Of a stretch of 64,000 nucleotides of DNA, positions 39,089 to 49,610 are shown one piece after another. Origin of the DNA: an uncultured Myxococcia bacterium (lineage in GTDB: Bacteria; Myxococcota_A; UBA9042; PHBI01); contig OW818691.1 of assembly GCA_942493285.1 (NCBI GenBank), forward strand, positions 3,410,321 through 3,474,320. Direction: 5' to 3'. The notes under the pieces were generated by a model, which was not told the DNA's origin, did no database searches, and was given only the letters and a program-made list of their open reading frames with translations. How positions within the stretch are numbered: position 1 is the stretch's first letter; each line of letters opens with the position of its first letter. Both the position numbers and the translations under genes were made by a program.

Positions 39089-40953
39089 CAGAAGGGCTCG
39101 GCGTAGAAGGAGTCTAGAAGTGGCCGAAAACGTTCGGCCGCGACGTTGCGTTGGAGGGTTCCGGTCGGCGTCAGTCCATCGCCCGGCGCGAGCTCGGCCG
39201 TGAGCACGGCGAACTTCTTGATGCGTGCATGTGGCGGGAAAAAGCCGTTGATTTCATTGATCAAAGCATCAAGATGCGCGTGGACTCGCGGATGCCTCGA
39301 AAGGGCCACCGCGTCGAAACCACCATGCACGAGCCCGTGCTGCTCAGCGAAGGTTCGCAGCTCATCCTGGGCCAGGGTCAGCAACACACTCACGAAGTCC
39401 CGCTGCTCGCCGTGCACGAAGGCCTGCGAAACGAGCGGATCCGCCATCAGCCGCTGCTCGATCGGGCTTGGCGCAAGGGTACGCCCGTTGTTCAACACGA
39501 TGATCTCGCGCTTGCGCCCCGTGATGACCAGGCGCCCCTTCCCTTCAGGCTCCGGCTCGAGCGTGGCGAGGTCACCGGTGGCAAACCAGCCAGCGTCGAA
39601 CACCCGCCGCGTGGCTTCGGCATCGCGCCAATAACCCGGGCTCACCTGCGGCCCTCGAACAAACAGCTCGCCATCCGGCCCAAGGCGTTGCTCGACCCCG
39701 GGGAGCGGCCTACCGACCGTGCCCTGAGCCGGCTCAGGACTGGTGTCGACATGGGTCACCGCCGAGGTCTCCACGAGCCCATAACACTCCCGCAACGGCA
39801 GACCACAACGCCGATAGAAGTCCTGGACGCCGTCCCTCAGCGGGGCCCCACCCGAAACGAAGACCGCCGCATTGGGCCCGAATCGTTTCGCCAGCGCGGG
39901 CCGCATGACCCGTTCGGCCAGGGCATCGCGCAACCGCAACAGACCGCTCGGGCTCTTTTCCCGCGGCGCATCGGCCCAACGCGCAGCCAGCGCAGACAAG
40001 GCCCCCCGTGCGCGCACTTCCTGGGCCGCTGCATGCCTCATCCGTTCGTAGAAGCTCGGTACGCCGACCACGACCGTCGGCAAGAGGCGCGCCGCATCTT
40101 CGACCACCGTCGCATCGCTGCGCGGCAAAGCCAGGACCCGCCCCGACGAAAGGCACGTCCACATGAAAGCCCGCCCGAGCGCCTGCGCCAGCGGCACCGC
40201 CAGAACCCATACGCTCGGCACCTTCGCCTTCTGGCGCTTGGGTGCATTCAGCGCCTCCAGCCCGGACACGGCGGACCCGAGTAGTGCCGCCAGCGCGGTC
40301 ATGGTCGCATGGGTCCAGAGCACACCTTTCTCGGCGCCTTCGGTTCCCGGCGTGTAACAAAGCGTTACACATGCCTCGGGGTCCTTTTCGTCGGACTCGG
40401 CGGGCTGCCAGAGCGGCCCGATAGAAAGCGACTCGAGCGACCGGATCCGCGCCCGCACGCCATCCGAAACCTGATTGACCTCATCGAGCGACGACGTCGC
40501 CCCAGACGACAAGACGAGCACCTCGTCCATCAAGACGATCTGCATCGCCTCATGTGTCCGGCCCAGATCCGCCCGCATCGCAGTCGCGCGGGCCGCAGCG
40601 TCCATGAGCTTTCGGGCCTGCCACGGGTTCTCGACGATGGCGATGCGGCACTCGGTCGCGATGAGGACACGCGCCAGCATGTCGGGCCCGACATTCGGAA
40701 AGAGCGGCACACTGATGAGGCCGGCCATGGCACAACCCAAGTCCGCCACCACCCACTCGGCACGCGCCTCGCTGATGATGATACAGCGCGCCCCCGGCTC
40801 GGGCGCGAGCCGCCTGAGCCCCGCCGCCAACGCGCGTGCCCGCTGGTCGAGCGCGCGTCGACTCCAGGACCTCACGGCACCGCTCGCATCCAACGTGCGT
40901 AGCGCCTCGGCCTCCGGGTCGTCTGACAAGCGAGCCGCAAAGGCGTCGAGCAC
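39088..40953 (-). CDS. Long-chain fatty acyl-CoA synthetase (AMP-binding)
   Basis: AMP motif LCYTPGTEGAEKGV, a GYGLVETS-type YGLVETS motif, and the C-terminal domain …GWFATGDLA…GRKREI. The start is uncertain: GTG at 40953 (VLDAFAARLSDDPEAEAL) or up to about 41062. The ORF beyond that overlaps the divergent PBP gene and looks spurious. Confidence 0.75.
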   Translation of the reverse strand: MLDAFAARLSDDPEAEALRTLDASGAVRSWSRRALDQRARALAAGLRRLAPEPGARCIIISEARAEWVVADLGCAMAGLISVPLFPNVGPDMLARVLIATECRIAIVENPWQARKLMDAAARATAMRADLGRTHEAMQIVLMDEVLVLSSGATSSLDEVNQVSDGVRARIRSLESLSIGPLWQPAESDEKDPEACVTLCYTPGTEGAEKGVLWTHATMTALAALLGSAVSGLEALNAPKRQKAKVPSVWVLAVPLAQALGRAFMWTCLSSGRVLALPRSDATVVEDAARLLPTVVVGVPSFYERMRHAAAQEVRARGALSALAARWADAPREKSPSGLLRLRDALAERVMRPALAKRFGPNAAVFVSGGAPLRDGVQDFYRRCGLPLRECYGLVETSAVTHVDTSPEPAQGTVGRPLPGVEQRLGPDGELFVRGPQVSPGYWRDAEATRRVFDAGWFATGDLATLEPEPEGKGRLVITGRKREIIVLNNGRTLAPSPIEQRLMADPLVSQAFVHGEQRDFVSVLLTLAQDELRTFAEQHGLVHGGFDAVALSRHPRVHAHLDALINEINGFFPPHARIKKFAVLTAELAPGDGLTPTGTLQRNVAAERFRPLLDSFYAEPF

Positions 40954-41236
40954 GAGCGCACCCTCCCAGGGGCGAGCTGCCCCGGCGTCTCCGGCATCGC
41001 GGCCAGGCCTGTTGGGGGCGGCGCGACCTGGGTCAGGCGCAGACTGGGTGGGCGGAGGCACGCGACGGTGTCTGCCGTAACGAGTGTCGAAGGTCAATCC
41101 CGACGCCCCCGAACCAGAGCGACCAACGGCGCTGGGCCTTGCCTCGCCGAGCTCACCTGAAAACTGGACGCCTCGTCGATTGCGCCCGACGATCCGCCAG
41201 ATGAACCGCCCGACGAACCGCCCGACGAACCGCCAG

Positions 41237-42637
41237 ATGCGCCCCGCCCGTACGCCCTCCCCCGACCGCACCCAGCGCCGCCTCCGCGCCGGCATCCTGG
41301 TCGGCCTCGTCGCGGGCACGTTCTGGGTGGTGACCGAGGACCGCAGCACCCACAGCCGCGAGCTGGTCCCGCCGACGCCGCCGACCGTCATCGCGCTCGC
41401 CGACCTCGCACCCGATGCGCCGCTGATGCAGCGCCATGGCACCCACCACGCGCAGCACTCGAACACCAACGCTCCTGTCGTGGCGGCGACCCCGACCGAG
41501 CCCGATGCGGCTCCCACGTGGGCCATTCCGGCAGGTGCCATCGACCCGAAGAAGGCGCGCACCGAGGACGGCAAGCTCGTCCAGGACCTCGAGGACGGCA
41601 CGCGCATCACCTTCACCCTCGACCCCAAGCTGCAGCGCATCGCCCAGGAGACCCTCGCCCGCTACGACGTCGAGTGGGGCACGGTGGTGGCCATCCGCCC
41701 CAAGACCGGCGAAATCCTGGCGATGGCCGAGTATGCGTCTGGCCGCCCGGACCTGTCGCGCCTGTCGTTGTCGGCCGCAGGTCCCGCCGCGAGCATCTTC
41801 AAGATCATCACGTCCGCGGCCCTCCTCGAACACGCCGACCTCGCGCCCGACACCGAGGCCTGCACCCACGGCGGCCAGAACAAGCTCACGCTCTACAACC
41901 TCAAGCCCAACAAGCGCCTCGACACCAAATGCGAGACCTTTGCCCAAGCGCTTGGCAGCTCCAACAACGTTGCATTTGCTCGCTGGGCGGACTCGCTGCT
42001 CACGCCCGCCCAGCTCCAGGAGACCGCCGAGCGCTTCTTGTTCTCGCGCCGCATCCCCTTCCCCTGGGCCGTTGGCATCTCGCAGGCGCGGGTCCCTTTC
42101 GGCAGTCGACTTGGCTTTGGCCGCACGGCCGCCGGCTTCGAAGGCACGACGCTGTCGCCGCTGCATGCAGCGATGATCACGGCCGCCGTCGGCAACGAAG
42201 GCGCGATGATGGCCCCCAACCTCATCGCAAGCGCGACCCTGAACGGCGAGACCGTCTTTACGGCTGAGCCCAAGAAGCTGGCCGATGTGATGTCCAAAGA
42301 GAACGCCAAGACCCTGACCGAGATGCTCGAAGCGTCGATCACCTACGGCACGGGCAAGAAGTTCTTCACACGCAAAGGCGAGCCGCGTCTCGGCAAGATC
42401 CGTGTGGGCGGCAAGTCCGGCAGCCTGTCGGGTCGCCATGAAGAGGCCAAGCGCCACTTCTCGTGGTTCGTCGCCCTCGCCCCGCTGGACGATCCGGACA
42501 TCGCGGTCGCGGCCCTGGTCGTCCACGGCGAGAACTGGACCGTGAAGGGTGCCGTCCCCGCGCGCGACGTGCTCGCCGCCTGGTTCGACATCCGTGACGC
42601 GAGCGAACGCCCCGCGCGCGACCCACTCGCCGACTGA
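41237..42637 (+). CDS. Penicillin-binding protein (transpeptidase domain, class-B-PBP-like)
   Basis: TM anchor (LRAGILVGLVAGTFWVV). SxxK (ASIFK), SxN (SSNN) and K(T/S)G (GGKSGS) motifs. The ATG at 41237 (MRPARTP) is preferred over 41084. Confidence 0.7.
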   Translation: MRPARTPSPDRTQRRLRAGILVGLVAGTFWVVTEDRSTHSRELVPPTPPTVIALADLAPDAPLMQRHGTHHAQHSNTNAPVVAATPTEPDAAPTWAIPAGAIDPKKARTEDGKLVQDLEDGTRITFTLDPKLQRIAQETLARYDVEWGTVVAIRPKTGEILAMAEYASGRPDLSRLSLSAAGPAASIFKIITSAALLEHADLAPDTEACTHGGQNKLTLYNLKPNKRLDTKCETFAQALGSSNNVAFARWADSLLTPAQLQETAERFLFSRRIPFPWAVGISQARVPFGSRLGFGRTAAGFEGTTLSPLHAAMITAAVGNEGAMMAPNLIASATLNGETVFTAEPKKLADVMSKENAKTLTEMLEASITYGTGKKFFTRKGEPRLGKIRVGGKSGSLSGRHEEAKRHFSWFVALAPLDDPDIAVAALVVHGENWTVKGAVPARDVLAAWFDIRDASERPARDPLAD

Positions 42638-42800
42638 CCCTCGCTCCTCGCCGACCCCAGAGTTCGACTGAGCGATGGGTTGATGCTGACACGAGTTATC
42701 GGAATCGGTAGGGTTCCGCCCCGTGGTGGGGAGTTGGCCTCACTTGACTGCACATATGCCGGTTCCGTCGAAGTGACGGCCCGGACCCGAGGAGAATGAG

Positions 42801-43325
42801 ATGACGAAGCGTTGGTCGATTTTGTCCGTCGTGGCCGTAGGCCTCTTGTTGGCGGCCTGTGACGATGAGAAGACCCAGGCCGACGACACGGCCGCGCCCG
42901 ATGTGGCGGACACGACCGAGCCCTTGCCCGATGTCGTCCCCGACACCATCGAAGAGACGACGCCCGACACGGTCGAGGCCGACATCCCGCCCGACACGGC
43001 CGGCAAGACGACCTGGGACCAGGTCCACACCACCTTCGCCACCAAGTGCGCGCCCTGCCACGCCGGCATCAGCCCCAACGACGGGGCCGGCGGTCACGCC
43101 ATCGCCTCGGGCGACAAGCAGATCGCCTACGACGCGTCGCAGCGCAGCGCGGGCATCGCCAAGTGCGCGGGCAAGAAGGTCGGCGAGTGCGCCCATATTC
43201 GTATCCTCGACGGCTCGATGCCGCAGGGCGCCAACTGTGGCACGGCCCCCCAGGGGGCAGCCTGTGTGACGCCCGCCCAGCAGGCGCTCATCCAGCAGTG
43301 GATTCAGGACGGCATGCTGCGCTGA
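42801..43325 (+). CDS. Monoheme c-type-cytochrome-like lipoprotein
   Basis: Lipobox LLLAACDD, an acidic Thr/Pro/Asp linker, and a single CAPCH (CxxCH) motif in …WDQVHTTFATKCAPCHAG…. Confidence 0.55.
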   Translation: MTKRWSILSVVAVGLLLAACDDEKTQADDTAAPDVADTTEPLPDVVPDTIEETTPDTVEADIPPDTAGKTTWDQVHTTFATKCAPCHAGISPNDGAGGHAIASGDKQIAYDASQRSAGIAKCAGKKVGECAHIRILDGSMPQGANCGTAPQGAACVTPAQQALIQQWIQDGMLR

Positions 43326-43350
43326 GCGGCGCCGATTCCGCCCTACAACC

Positions 43351-44208
43351 TCAGGTTGCGGGGGGAGCCGGCAACCCAAAGAGCGTGAACGCGTTTTCCC
43401 GCGTGACCGAGGCCACCTCGACCAACGTGAGACCACGCACATCGGCCAGCGCCTGCGCCACGATGGGCAGGTGTTCTGGTCGATTGGGTGTCCCACGAAA
43501 CGGTGGCGGCGCCTGGTCGGGCGAGTCCGTCTCGATGAGCAACCGCCCGAGCGGCACGACACTCGCCGCCTCCCGCAATCGACGCGACTGCGGGAAGGCC
43601 AACGTCCCGCAGAACGACACGTGTAGACCGAGCTTCACGAGTGCGAGCGCGAAGTCTTTGGCGCCCGAAAAGCTGTGCACGACGCCTCCACGCGCGGGCA
43701 GGCCCTCCTCGCGCAGGACCCGCAGCGCCGGTTCGTCGCTCTTCAGGAGGTGCAGGACCACCGGCAGCTCGAAGCGTTTCGCCAGCCGAAGCTGCTCTCT
43801 GAACGCGACCTCCTGAAGCCCCATCGCCGCTCGGCTTGCGTCAGTGAGCCTATCGAACCCGGTCTCTCCAAGGGCCACGGGCCGCATTCCCAGACTACCA
43901 CCCAATGCGACTTCCAGATGGGCCAGCATCTGGGACAGCCGGCTTTGATCGAGTTCGGGAACCAGCTGCGGGTGTATTCCGAACACCGGGAAGACCCGGC
44001 CGAATCGTCGTGCCAGGACAACCTGCGCAGCCCACCCCTCGGGGTCCACGCCCGCCATGACGATGTCGGTCACCCCACGCGCCCGCGCCGCCTGCACCGC
44101 CACGTCCGCCTCGATCCCCAGCCGATCCGAGTCGAGATGACAGTGCGAATCGACGAGCCCGCCCCCAGGTGCCGGCAGAGCGCTCAGAGGGACCGACGGC
44201 TCCTTCAC
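43351..44208 (-). CDS. tatD: TatD-family metal-dependent hydrolase
   Basis: DSHCHLD N-terminal motif, TIM-barrel hydrolase pattern, about 285 aa. Its start overlaps the rhomboid stop. Confidence 0.85.
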   Translation of the reverse strand: MKEPSVPLSALPAPGGGLVDSHCHLDSDRLGIEADVAVQAARARGVTDIVMAGVDPEGWAAQVVLARRFGRVFPVFGIHPQLVPELDQSRLSQMLAHLEVALGGSLGMRPVALGETGFDRLTDASRAAMGLQEVAFREQLRLAKRFELPVVLHLLKSDEPALRVLREEGLPARGGVVHSFSGAKDFALALVKLGLHVSFCGTLAFPQSRRLREAASVVPLGRLLIETDSPDQAPPPFRGTPNRPEHLPIVAQALADVRGLTLVEVASVTRENAFTLFGLPAPPAT

Positions 44209-45326
44209 GGCATCAAGAGCCGCGGGTCACCCTCGACCCAGCGCTTGAACCCCAGGAGCCCATCGTGCAGCTCCGCAAAGCCCTGGACTTCGCCCCTGCG
44301 CGACCCGTCGAGCCGCCCATTACGTGCGGTCTCGAGCCCCCGCTTCATCTGGCCGACGAGCGCGTCCCCGGTAGCATCCATCGGGCCGAGCCGCTCGAGG
44401 CACTTGATAGCCTCGATTGCCGGCCCTGGAACAACAGTCTGGTTCTCCTGATCGGCCGCCGTCCGCGCCAGGTCATGGCAGTGGATGGCGCGCTGAACCT
44501 CACCCCGCCACTCAGGAGGCTGGTTGACGATGGTCATGACCACCGCCGCGACCGTCCCCGCCCCGAGCAACAACGATGCGACGAGCCACACACGCGCGGC
44601 AAACCTGCGCCCTTGCCACAGCGCAAAGGGGACGCCGAGGGCCGCGCCGGTCAAGAGACCGCCGAGATGGGCAACGTTGTTGACCTTGCTGACCATCAAC
44701 CCAAAAATCGCATTGAGCACGACCAGTTGGATCGCCATCGCGGTCACGGGACTCCGGAAGTTGCCGTCGCTCAACCGGCGCTTGACGATGGTGCACCCGA
44801 GGATGCCGGCCACCGCACCAGACGCGCCGCCGCCGCCGATCCCGGCAAACTGCGACCCAACGAATCCCAGCACGCCCGCCGTCATGTACATCACGAAAAA
44901 CGCCGGCCCGCCGATGTCGTTCTCGAGGTGGCGCCCGGTCAGCCACAGCACCAACGTGTTCATGATGAGGTGCAAGAGCCCGAGGTGAAGAAATATCGGC
45001 ATCACGAGCCGCCACCACTCCCCCATCGCCACAAGCTCAGGGCTCTGGAGCCCGAGCAGCAAGAGGACCGATGTGTCCGGCCTGAACAGTTCGAAGCCGC
45101 CCTCCGCCGGCTCCTGTCCGCCTATCATCACCACAAGCAGGTAGAGCGCCAGGTTGACGATCACCAACCCGAAGGTCACGACGTAGCCGCCACCTGAGCT
45201 CGAACGGTCCGCCAGCGACCTCGCGCGCACCCCGATGGCCTTCGAATCAGCCCCGCAGAACGGACATATCCGCTCGATTCCCATGAGCTTTCCGCAGCTC
45301 GGACACATCTTCGGTCGCTCGCTCAC
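44205..45326 (-). CDS. Rhomboid-family intramembrane serine protease with an N-terminal zinc ribbon
   Basis: CPSCG…CPFCG zinc ribbon, multiple TM helices, a GASGAV active-site Ser motif and a downstream AHLGG active-site His. Confidence 0.85.
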   Translation of the reverse strand: MSERPKMCPSCGKLMGIERICPFCGADSKAIGVRARSLADRSSSGGGYVVTFGLVIVNLALYLLVVMIGGQEPAEGGFELFRPDTSVLLLLGLQSPELVAMGEWWRLVMPIFLHLGLLHLIMNTLVLWLTGRHLENDIGGPAFFVMYMTAGVLGFVGSQFAGIGGGGASGAVAGILGCTIVKRRLSDGNFRSPVTAMAIQLVVLNAIFGLMVSKVNNVAHLGGLLTGAALGVPFALWQGRRFAARVWLVASLLLGAGTVAAVVMTIVNQPPEWRGEVQRAIHCHDLARTAADQENQTVVPGPAIEAIKCLERLGPMDATGDALVGQMKRGLETARNGRLDGSRRGEVQGFAELHDGLLGFKRWVEGDPRLLMP

Positions 45327-45510
45327 GCAACTCCTTCCCGCAGTCGCACCCTACCTGCCCGTCAGCGGCCAGCCGACCAGGCCAGCGCGACGCCGGACGC
45401 CAGCGCGCGCACGCAGAGCCAGGTTGATAGCCACCAACCCGCTTCCCATCAAGTCATCCGCTCGCTCGTGCGCGGCGCTCGACACCACCACGCCCCGCCC
45501 GAGTCACCTC

Positions 45511-47505
45511 TCAAACGAGCCAAGGACGTTTCTGAGCCGCCAACCGCGTGGCCATGAGCAGTCGTGCCCCCAACGCTCCGATGGCCTCCCATCCTGCATC
45601 GTCGATGACGGCGCGCTCCACGAGCCGCCCGAGCTCAGTCAGCTCCGGGTGCCCCATCGTCGCTCCAGAGCCGGCGATACGATGCGCGAGGTCGCGCAGA
45701 CGTGCTGCATCACAGGCGGCCAGCCCTTCCTCGAGCCCCAGGACACGCTCCGAGAGCATCCCATAGTAACGCGTCAGCAGGTCGACCGGCACATCCGGCC
45801 GCGCGGTCTCGCCCGCCGGTTCACCGACGAGGCCCTCGACCTCCGGACGTCGGTTCCTAGCGGTGTCCGCCTCGATGGTCGGCCGCAGGTTTGGCGCCGT
45901 CGGCACCCTCTGCGGGTCACGCCCACGGACCTGCGCCTCGACCCCGTCGGACAGCGGCACCATCAACCCCTGAGGCGCCGTCGGAAGTCGTTTGAGCGCA
46001 GGCCGCGGGGTTCGCTCGACCCCGTCGGCAGGCGTCGGTGTGGGGTGACGCAGCAGCTTCGCCGCCTCGGGCAACGGCGTCCTCGTCGGCCGCCCGACAC
46101 TCGTGGGCCCCGTCGGCGGCGCGCTCGGCGGCTCGACCCGCGCCTCGACCCGCGCGCCTTGCTGCAGCAAAGCTCCCACCCGCGACACCAGGCGCCACGC
46201 AACGACCGGCTTCACCATGAAGTCCGCTACGCCCGCTGCCACCGCAAGCTCACGTGTCTCGAGCATGGCGTCGGCCGTCAGCGCCACCACGGGCCTCGAA
46301 TCGCCCCGCACCGCCATCGCCGCAATCAGGGAAAGCCCATTACCATCAGTCAGTTGTAGGTCCGTCACCACCAGCTCGACGCCGCTCGTCGGCTCGGCCA
46401 TGATCTCTTCGGCCGCCCGCAGCGTCGCGGCCTCGACCACGTCGGCACCGGCCTGCTTCAAGAAGTAGGTCACGATGCGCCGATTGTCCTCGGCGTCGTC
46501 CACGACCAGCACCACCCGCTTGTCGAGCCGCGGCACCACCGGCTCGCTGGGCTTCAAGACCCCGCTGCGTGTGACGAGGCGAGCCGGCGTCGTCCCTCGG
46601 TCCGCCCCGCCATCGACCGGCAGGGTCAGCGTGAAGACACTGCCGACACCCACCTCCGAACGCACGTCGATATCGCCGCCGAGGAGCCGTGCCAGCCGCC
46701 GCGAGATATCGAGCCCAAGGCCCACCCCGCCCGCGTTCGGCCGACCCTGCCCCTGTTCGAACGGCAGGAACAGCCGCTTCAGCTCGTGACCGGGGATCCC
46801 CACGCCCGTGTCGCCGACCTCGATCTCCAGGCGCCGCTCGAATGACCGCCCCACCGGGCTCATCCTGAGGCGGGCATGCACCGACACCTCGCCGCGAGGC
46901 GTATATTTGACTGCGTTTCCAACGAGGTTGATGAGGATCTGCCTCAGCCGCAGTGGGTCGGTCCGGAAACGCGCCGGCAGCTCCGTGTCCGCGGCCACGA
47001 CGAGCACGAGCCCCTTGTCCTGTGCCCGCGGCTCCATCAGCACGCCTACCTCCTCGAGGACCGTCGTCGGGTCACACGACACGAGGTGCAGGTCGAGCTT
47101 GCCAGCCTCGATCTTGGCGAGGTCAAGCACATCATCGAGCAGCGCCAGCAGGTGCTCGGCCGAACGCTGCAGACGTTTGCTCCAATCACGGGTCTCGTCA
47201 GCGGCTTGCTCGGTCGCGGCGATGAGGTTCGCGTAGCCCATGACCGCTGAAAGGGGCGTGCGGATCTCGTGGCTCATATTGGCCAGAAAGGCCGTCTTGG
47301 CGCGATTGGCCAGCTCCGCCGCGGCCCGTGCAGCATCGAGCTCAGCCTTCTTGTTGGCGAGCTCCTCGCGCAGCTCGGTCTCGACCTCGGCCAGCCGCCG
47401 CTTGAGCGCCGCGACCTCGTCGCTCGCACTCGCGGCACTCACCAGCTCGGCACGCGACGCCGCCACTTCGCCCCCGGTTGGGGTCTTCACCCGCGCCTCT
47501 GTCAT
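45511..47505 (-). CDS. Hybrid sensor histidine kinase (HisKA–HATPase–REC–HPt)
   Basis: H-box MSHEIRTPL, a G-box/HATPase region, a receiver domain (VVLVVDDAEDNRR…VTDLQLTDGNG) and a C-terminal HPt-like helix (AHRIAGSGATMG). Confidence 0.85.
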   Translation of the reverse strand: MTEARVKTPTGGEVAASRAELVSAASASDEVAALKRRLAEVETELREELANKKAELDAARAAAELANRAKTAFLANMSHEIRTPLSAVMGYANLIAATEQAADETRDWSKRLQRSAEHLLALLDDVLDLAKIEAGKLDLHLVSCDPTTVLEEVGVLMEPRAQDKGLVLVVAADTELPARFRTDPLRLRQILINLVGNAVKYTPRGEVSVHARLRMSPVGRSFERRLEIEVGDTGVGIPGHELKRLFLPFEQGQGRPNAGGVGLGLDISRRLARLLGGDIDVRSEVGVGSVFTLTLPVDGGADRGTTPARLVTRSGVLKPSEPVVPRLDKRVVLVVDDAEDNRRIVTYFLKQAGADVVEAATLRAAEEIMAEPTSGVELVVTDLQLTDGNGLSLIAAMAVRGDSRPVVALTADAMLETRELAVAAGVADFMVKPVVAWRLVSRVGALLQQGARVEARVEPPSAPPTGPTSVGRPTRTPLPEAAKLLRHPTPTPADGVERTPRPALKRLPTAPQGLMVPLSDGVEAQVRGRDPQRVPTAPNLRPTIEADTARNRRPEVEGLVGEPAGETARPDVPVDLLTRYYGMLSERVLGLEEGLAACDAARLRDLAHRIAGSGATMGHPELTELGRLVERAVIDDAGWEAIGALGARLLMATRLAAQKRPWLV

Positions 47506-47938
47506 CGGCCCGGGCCCTCCGACTGCCCGAAGGGCGACTGTAACCGGCTAGGCCACGCCAGCAAAGACCGGCGTGCACCTGGTTACACTTTCTGCTCGGC
47601 AGGGCCGCGACGCAGCCAAGGTCTCAGGGGTCGGCGCCCGCACGCCGCCCCACCGAAACACCCCGTCTCCCGGTCACCCGGGTGATGGGGGGCCCGGACC
47701 GCCGTCCATCCGCCAGCAAGGTAAGCTTGACCCGTCTACCTCTCCCAAACGCTCAGACGGCGACCCGAGCATCGTGCCCACGAGTTCGTCGGGGCACGCG
47801 ATGTACCGTTACAATCCTCGTGCCATCCGCGTCGCCGAATCCGCGTCCAGCTTCCCGGACAAGCGCTGCCTGGACAAACGCCAGATTCCATCGGTCGCTG
47901 GACCATCCCCGCACACCTGTGCCATAGTGGAACGCGCC

Positions 47939-49411
47939 ATGTTGGACACGATTCACGAACCGCATCCAGTCCCGGTCATCCTTGTGGTCGACGATGATCC
48001 GATCGTTTGCGACCTGGTCGCCCACTGGCTCGGGCGCGAGAACCAGCGCGTCGAAACCCGGGAAAGCGGTGAATCCGCGCTGACTTCGCTTGGCCAGGTG
48101 CGACCCGACGTCGTCATCCTCGACCTGAGCATGCCGGGCCTCGACGGCCTCGAGGTCCTCGTCCGCATCAAGAGCGCCATGCCGCGGACCCCCATCATCA
48201 TCCTGACGGGCACGACCGACATCGCGACGGTCGTGACGGCGATGCAGCGCGGCGCGTTCGACTACCTGGCCAAGCCCGTCGCCCGGGACAACCTCCTCGA
48301 TACGGTCGCCAAGGCGCTCGACCACGTGCGCCGTACACGCCGCATCGCGGAGCTCGACAGCGGACGGACGGCCGCGGACGAGCTCGACCACCTCGACGGC
48401 ATCGTCGGCCGCTCAGCCCCGATGCGCGCCCTCTTCAGGCAGATCGAACGGGTCGCCGCCTCGGACGTCACGGTCCTAGTCCACGGCGAGAGCGGCACCG
48501 GCAAGGAGCTCGTAGCGCGCTCGTTGCACGACCGCTCGGCCCGACACAAGGGCCCCTTCGTCGCTCTGAACTGCGCCGCCATTCCCGAAAGCCTTCAGGA
48601 ATCCGAGCTGTTTGGCCACGAGAAGGGCGCCTTCACGGGAGCCGTGGGCAGGCACTCCGGCCGCTTCGAGCAGGCCAACGGCGGGACGCTCTTCCTCGAC
48701 GAGATTGGCGAAATCGCTCCGTCCCTTCAGGCCAAGCTGCTGCGTGTCTTCCAAGAGCGCCGTTTCCACCGTGTCGGTGGCACCCAGGAGGTCCAGGTCG
48801 ACGTGCGCATCGTGGCCGCGACCCACCGCGACCTCTTCGCCGACGTTGCTCAGGGCCGGTTTCGTGAGGACCTCTACTACCGCCTAGCGGTCTTCGAGCT
48901 CGAGGTTCCGCCCCTTCGCGACCGGCCCGGCGACCTCCCGCTATTGGTCGAGCGCCTCACCGCCGACCTCGCGAAGAAGCACAACAAACCCGGCCTCGAG
49001 CTACACACCGAAACGGTCGAGTTCCTGACCCGATACCGCTGGCCAGGCAACGTGCGAGAGTTGCAGAACGCGCTCGAACGCGCCGTCGTCGTGGCATCCG
49101 ACAGGGTCGTCCGCGCCGAGGATCTCCCGCGTCGGGTCTATGACCCGCTGATGCTCGTCGACGCCTCCACGCGCGGCGCGGCCACTAGCGCCGGGGCGCC
49201 AGTGGTCCCGGCCCGGCCTGCTGACGACCCGCCCAGGACCGCTCTGCGAGCCGAGCCGACGCCTATCCTACCGGTCATCGAGCTCGAGCGACGTGCCATC
49301 CTCGATGCGTTGGCCCGGACTGGTTCGAATGTGAGCGAGGCCTCGCGCCTCCTCGGCATTCCCCGCACGACCATGTACCGCAAGCTCAAACGCCACGATA
49401 TCCAGGCCTGA
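47939..49411 (+). CDS. Sigma-54-dependent response regulator (NtrC family)
   Basis: REC ([10 protein letters not shown]…DLSMPGLDG), an AAA+ sigma54-interaction domain ([14 protein letters not shown], …[11 protein letters not shown]…) and a C-terminal Fis-type HTH (…[19 protein letters not shown]). Confidence 0.9.
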   Translation: MLDTIHEPHPVPVILVVDDDPIVCDLVAHWLGRENQRVETRESGESALTSLGQVRPDVVILDLSMPGLDGLEVLVRIKSAMPRTPIIILTGTTDIATVVTAMQRGAFDYLAKPVARDNLLDTVAKALDHVRRTRRIAELDSGRTAADELDHLDGIVGRSAPMRALFRQIERVAASDVTVLVHGESGTGKELVARSLHDRSARHKGPFVALNCAAIPESLQESELFGHEKGAFTGAVGRHSGRFEQANGGTLFLDEIGEIAPSLQAKLLRVFQERRFHRVGGTQEVQVDVRIVAATHRDLFADVAQGRFREDLYYRLAVFELEVPPLRDRPGDLPLLVERLTADLAKKHNKPGLELHTETVEFLTRYRWPGNVRELQNALERAVVVASDRVVRAEDLPRRVYDPLMLVDASTRGAATSAGAPVVPARPADDPPRTALRAEPTPILPVIELERRAILDALARTGSNVSEASRLLGIPRTTMYRKLKRHDIQA

Positions 49412-49610
49412 TTCTGAGTAGACCCACGAAAAAGGCCCCGATGCGACGCATTGGAGCCTGGGTGTAAAGGTGGCGGACGGAGCAGAAGGACAGTTCCGAG
49501 GAATCCATCACGCTCGTCCGCCGGGGGGATGGTGGCGGGGGCGCCCCAAGGCATGAAATGCCATTCTGGGGGCGCTGCTCAGGGGCCGCGAGTGCCCCTG
49601 TCCGCCTCTT

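Noticed and set aside
41084-41236. The ATG at 41084 as the PBP start (MSKVNPDAPE…)
   Set aside because: It would leave only about 20-130 bp for divergent promoters and would overlap the acyl-CoA synthetase 5' end. The first 50 aa are Pro/Arg-rich with no membrane anchor, whereas the ATG at 41237 immediately precedes the TM helix.
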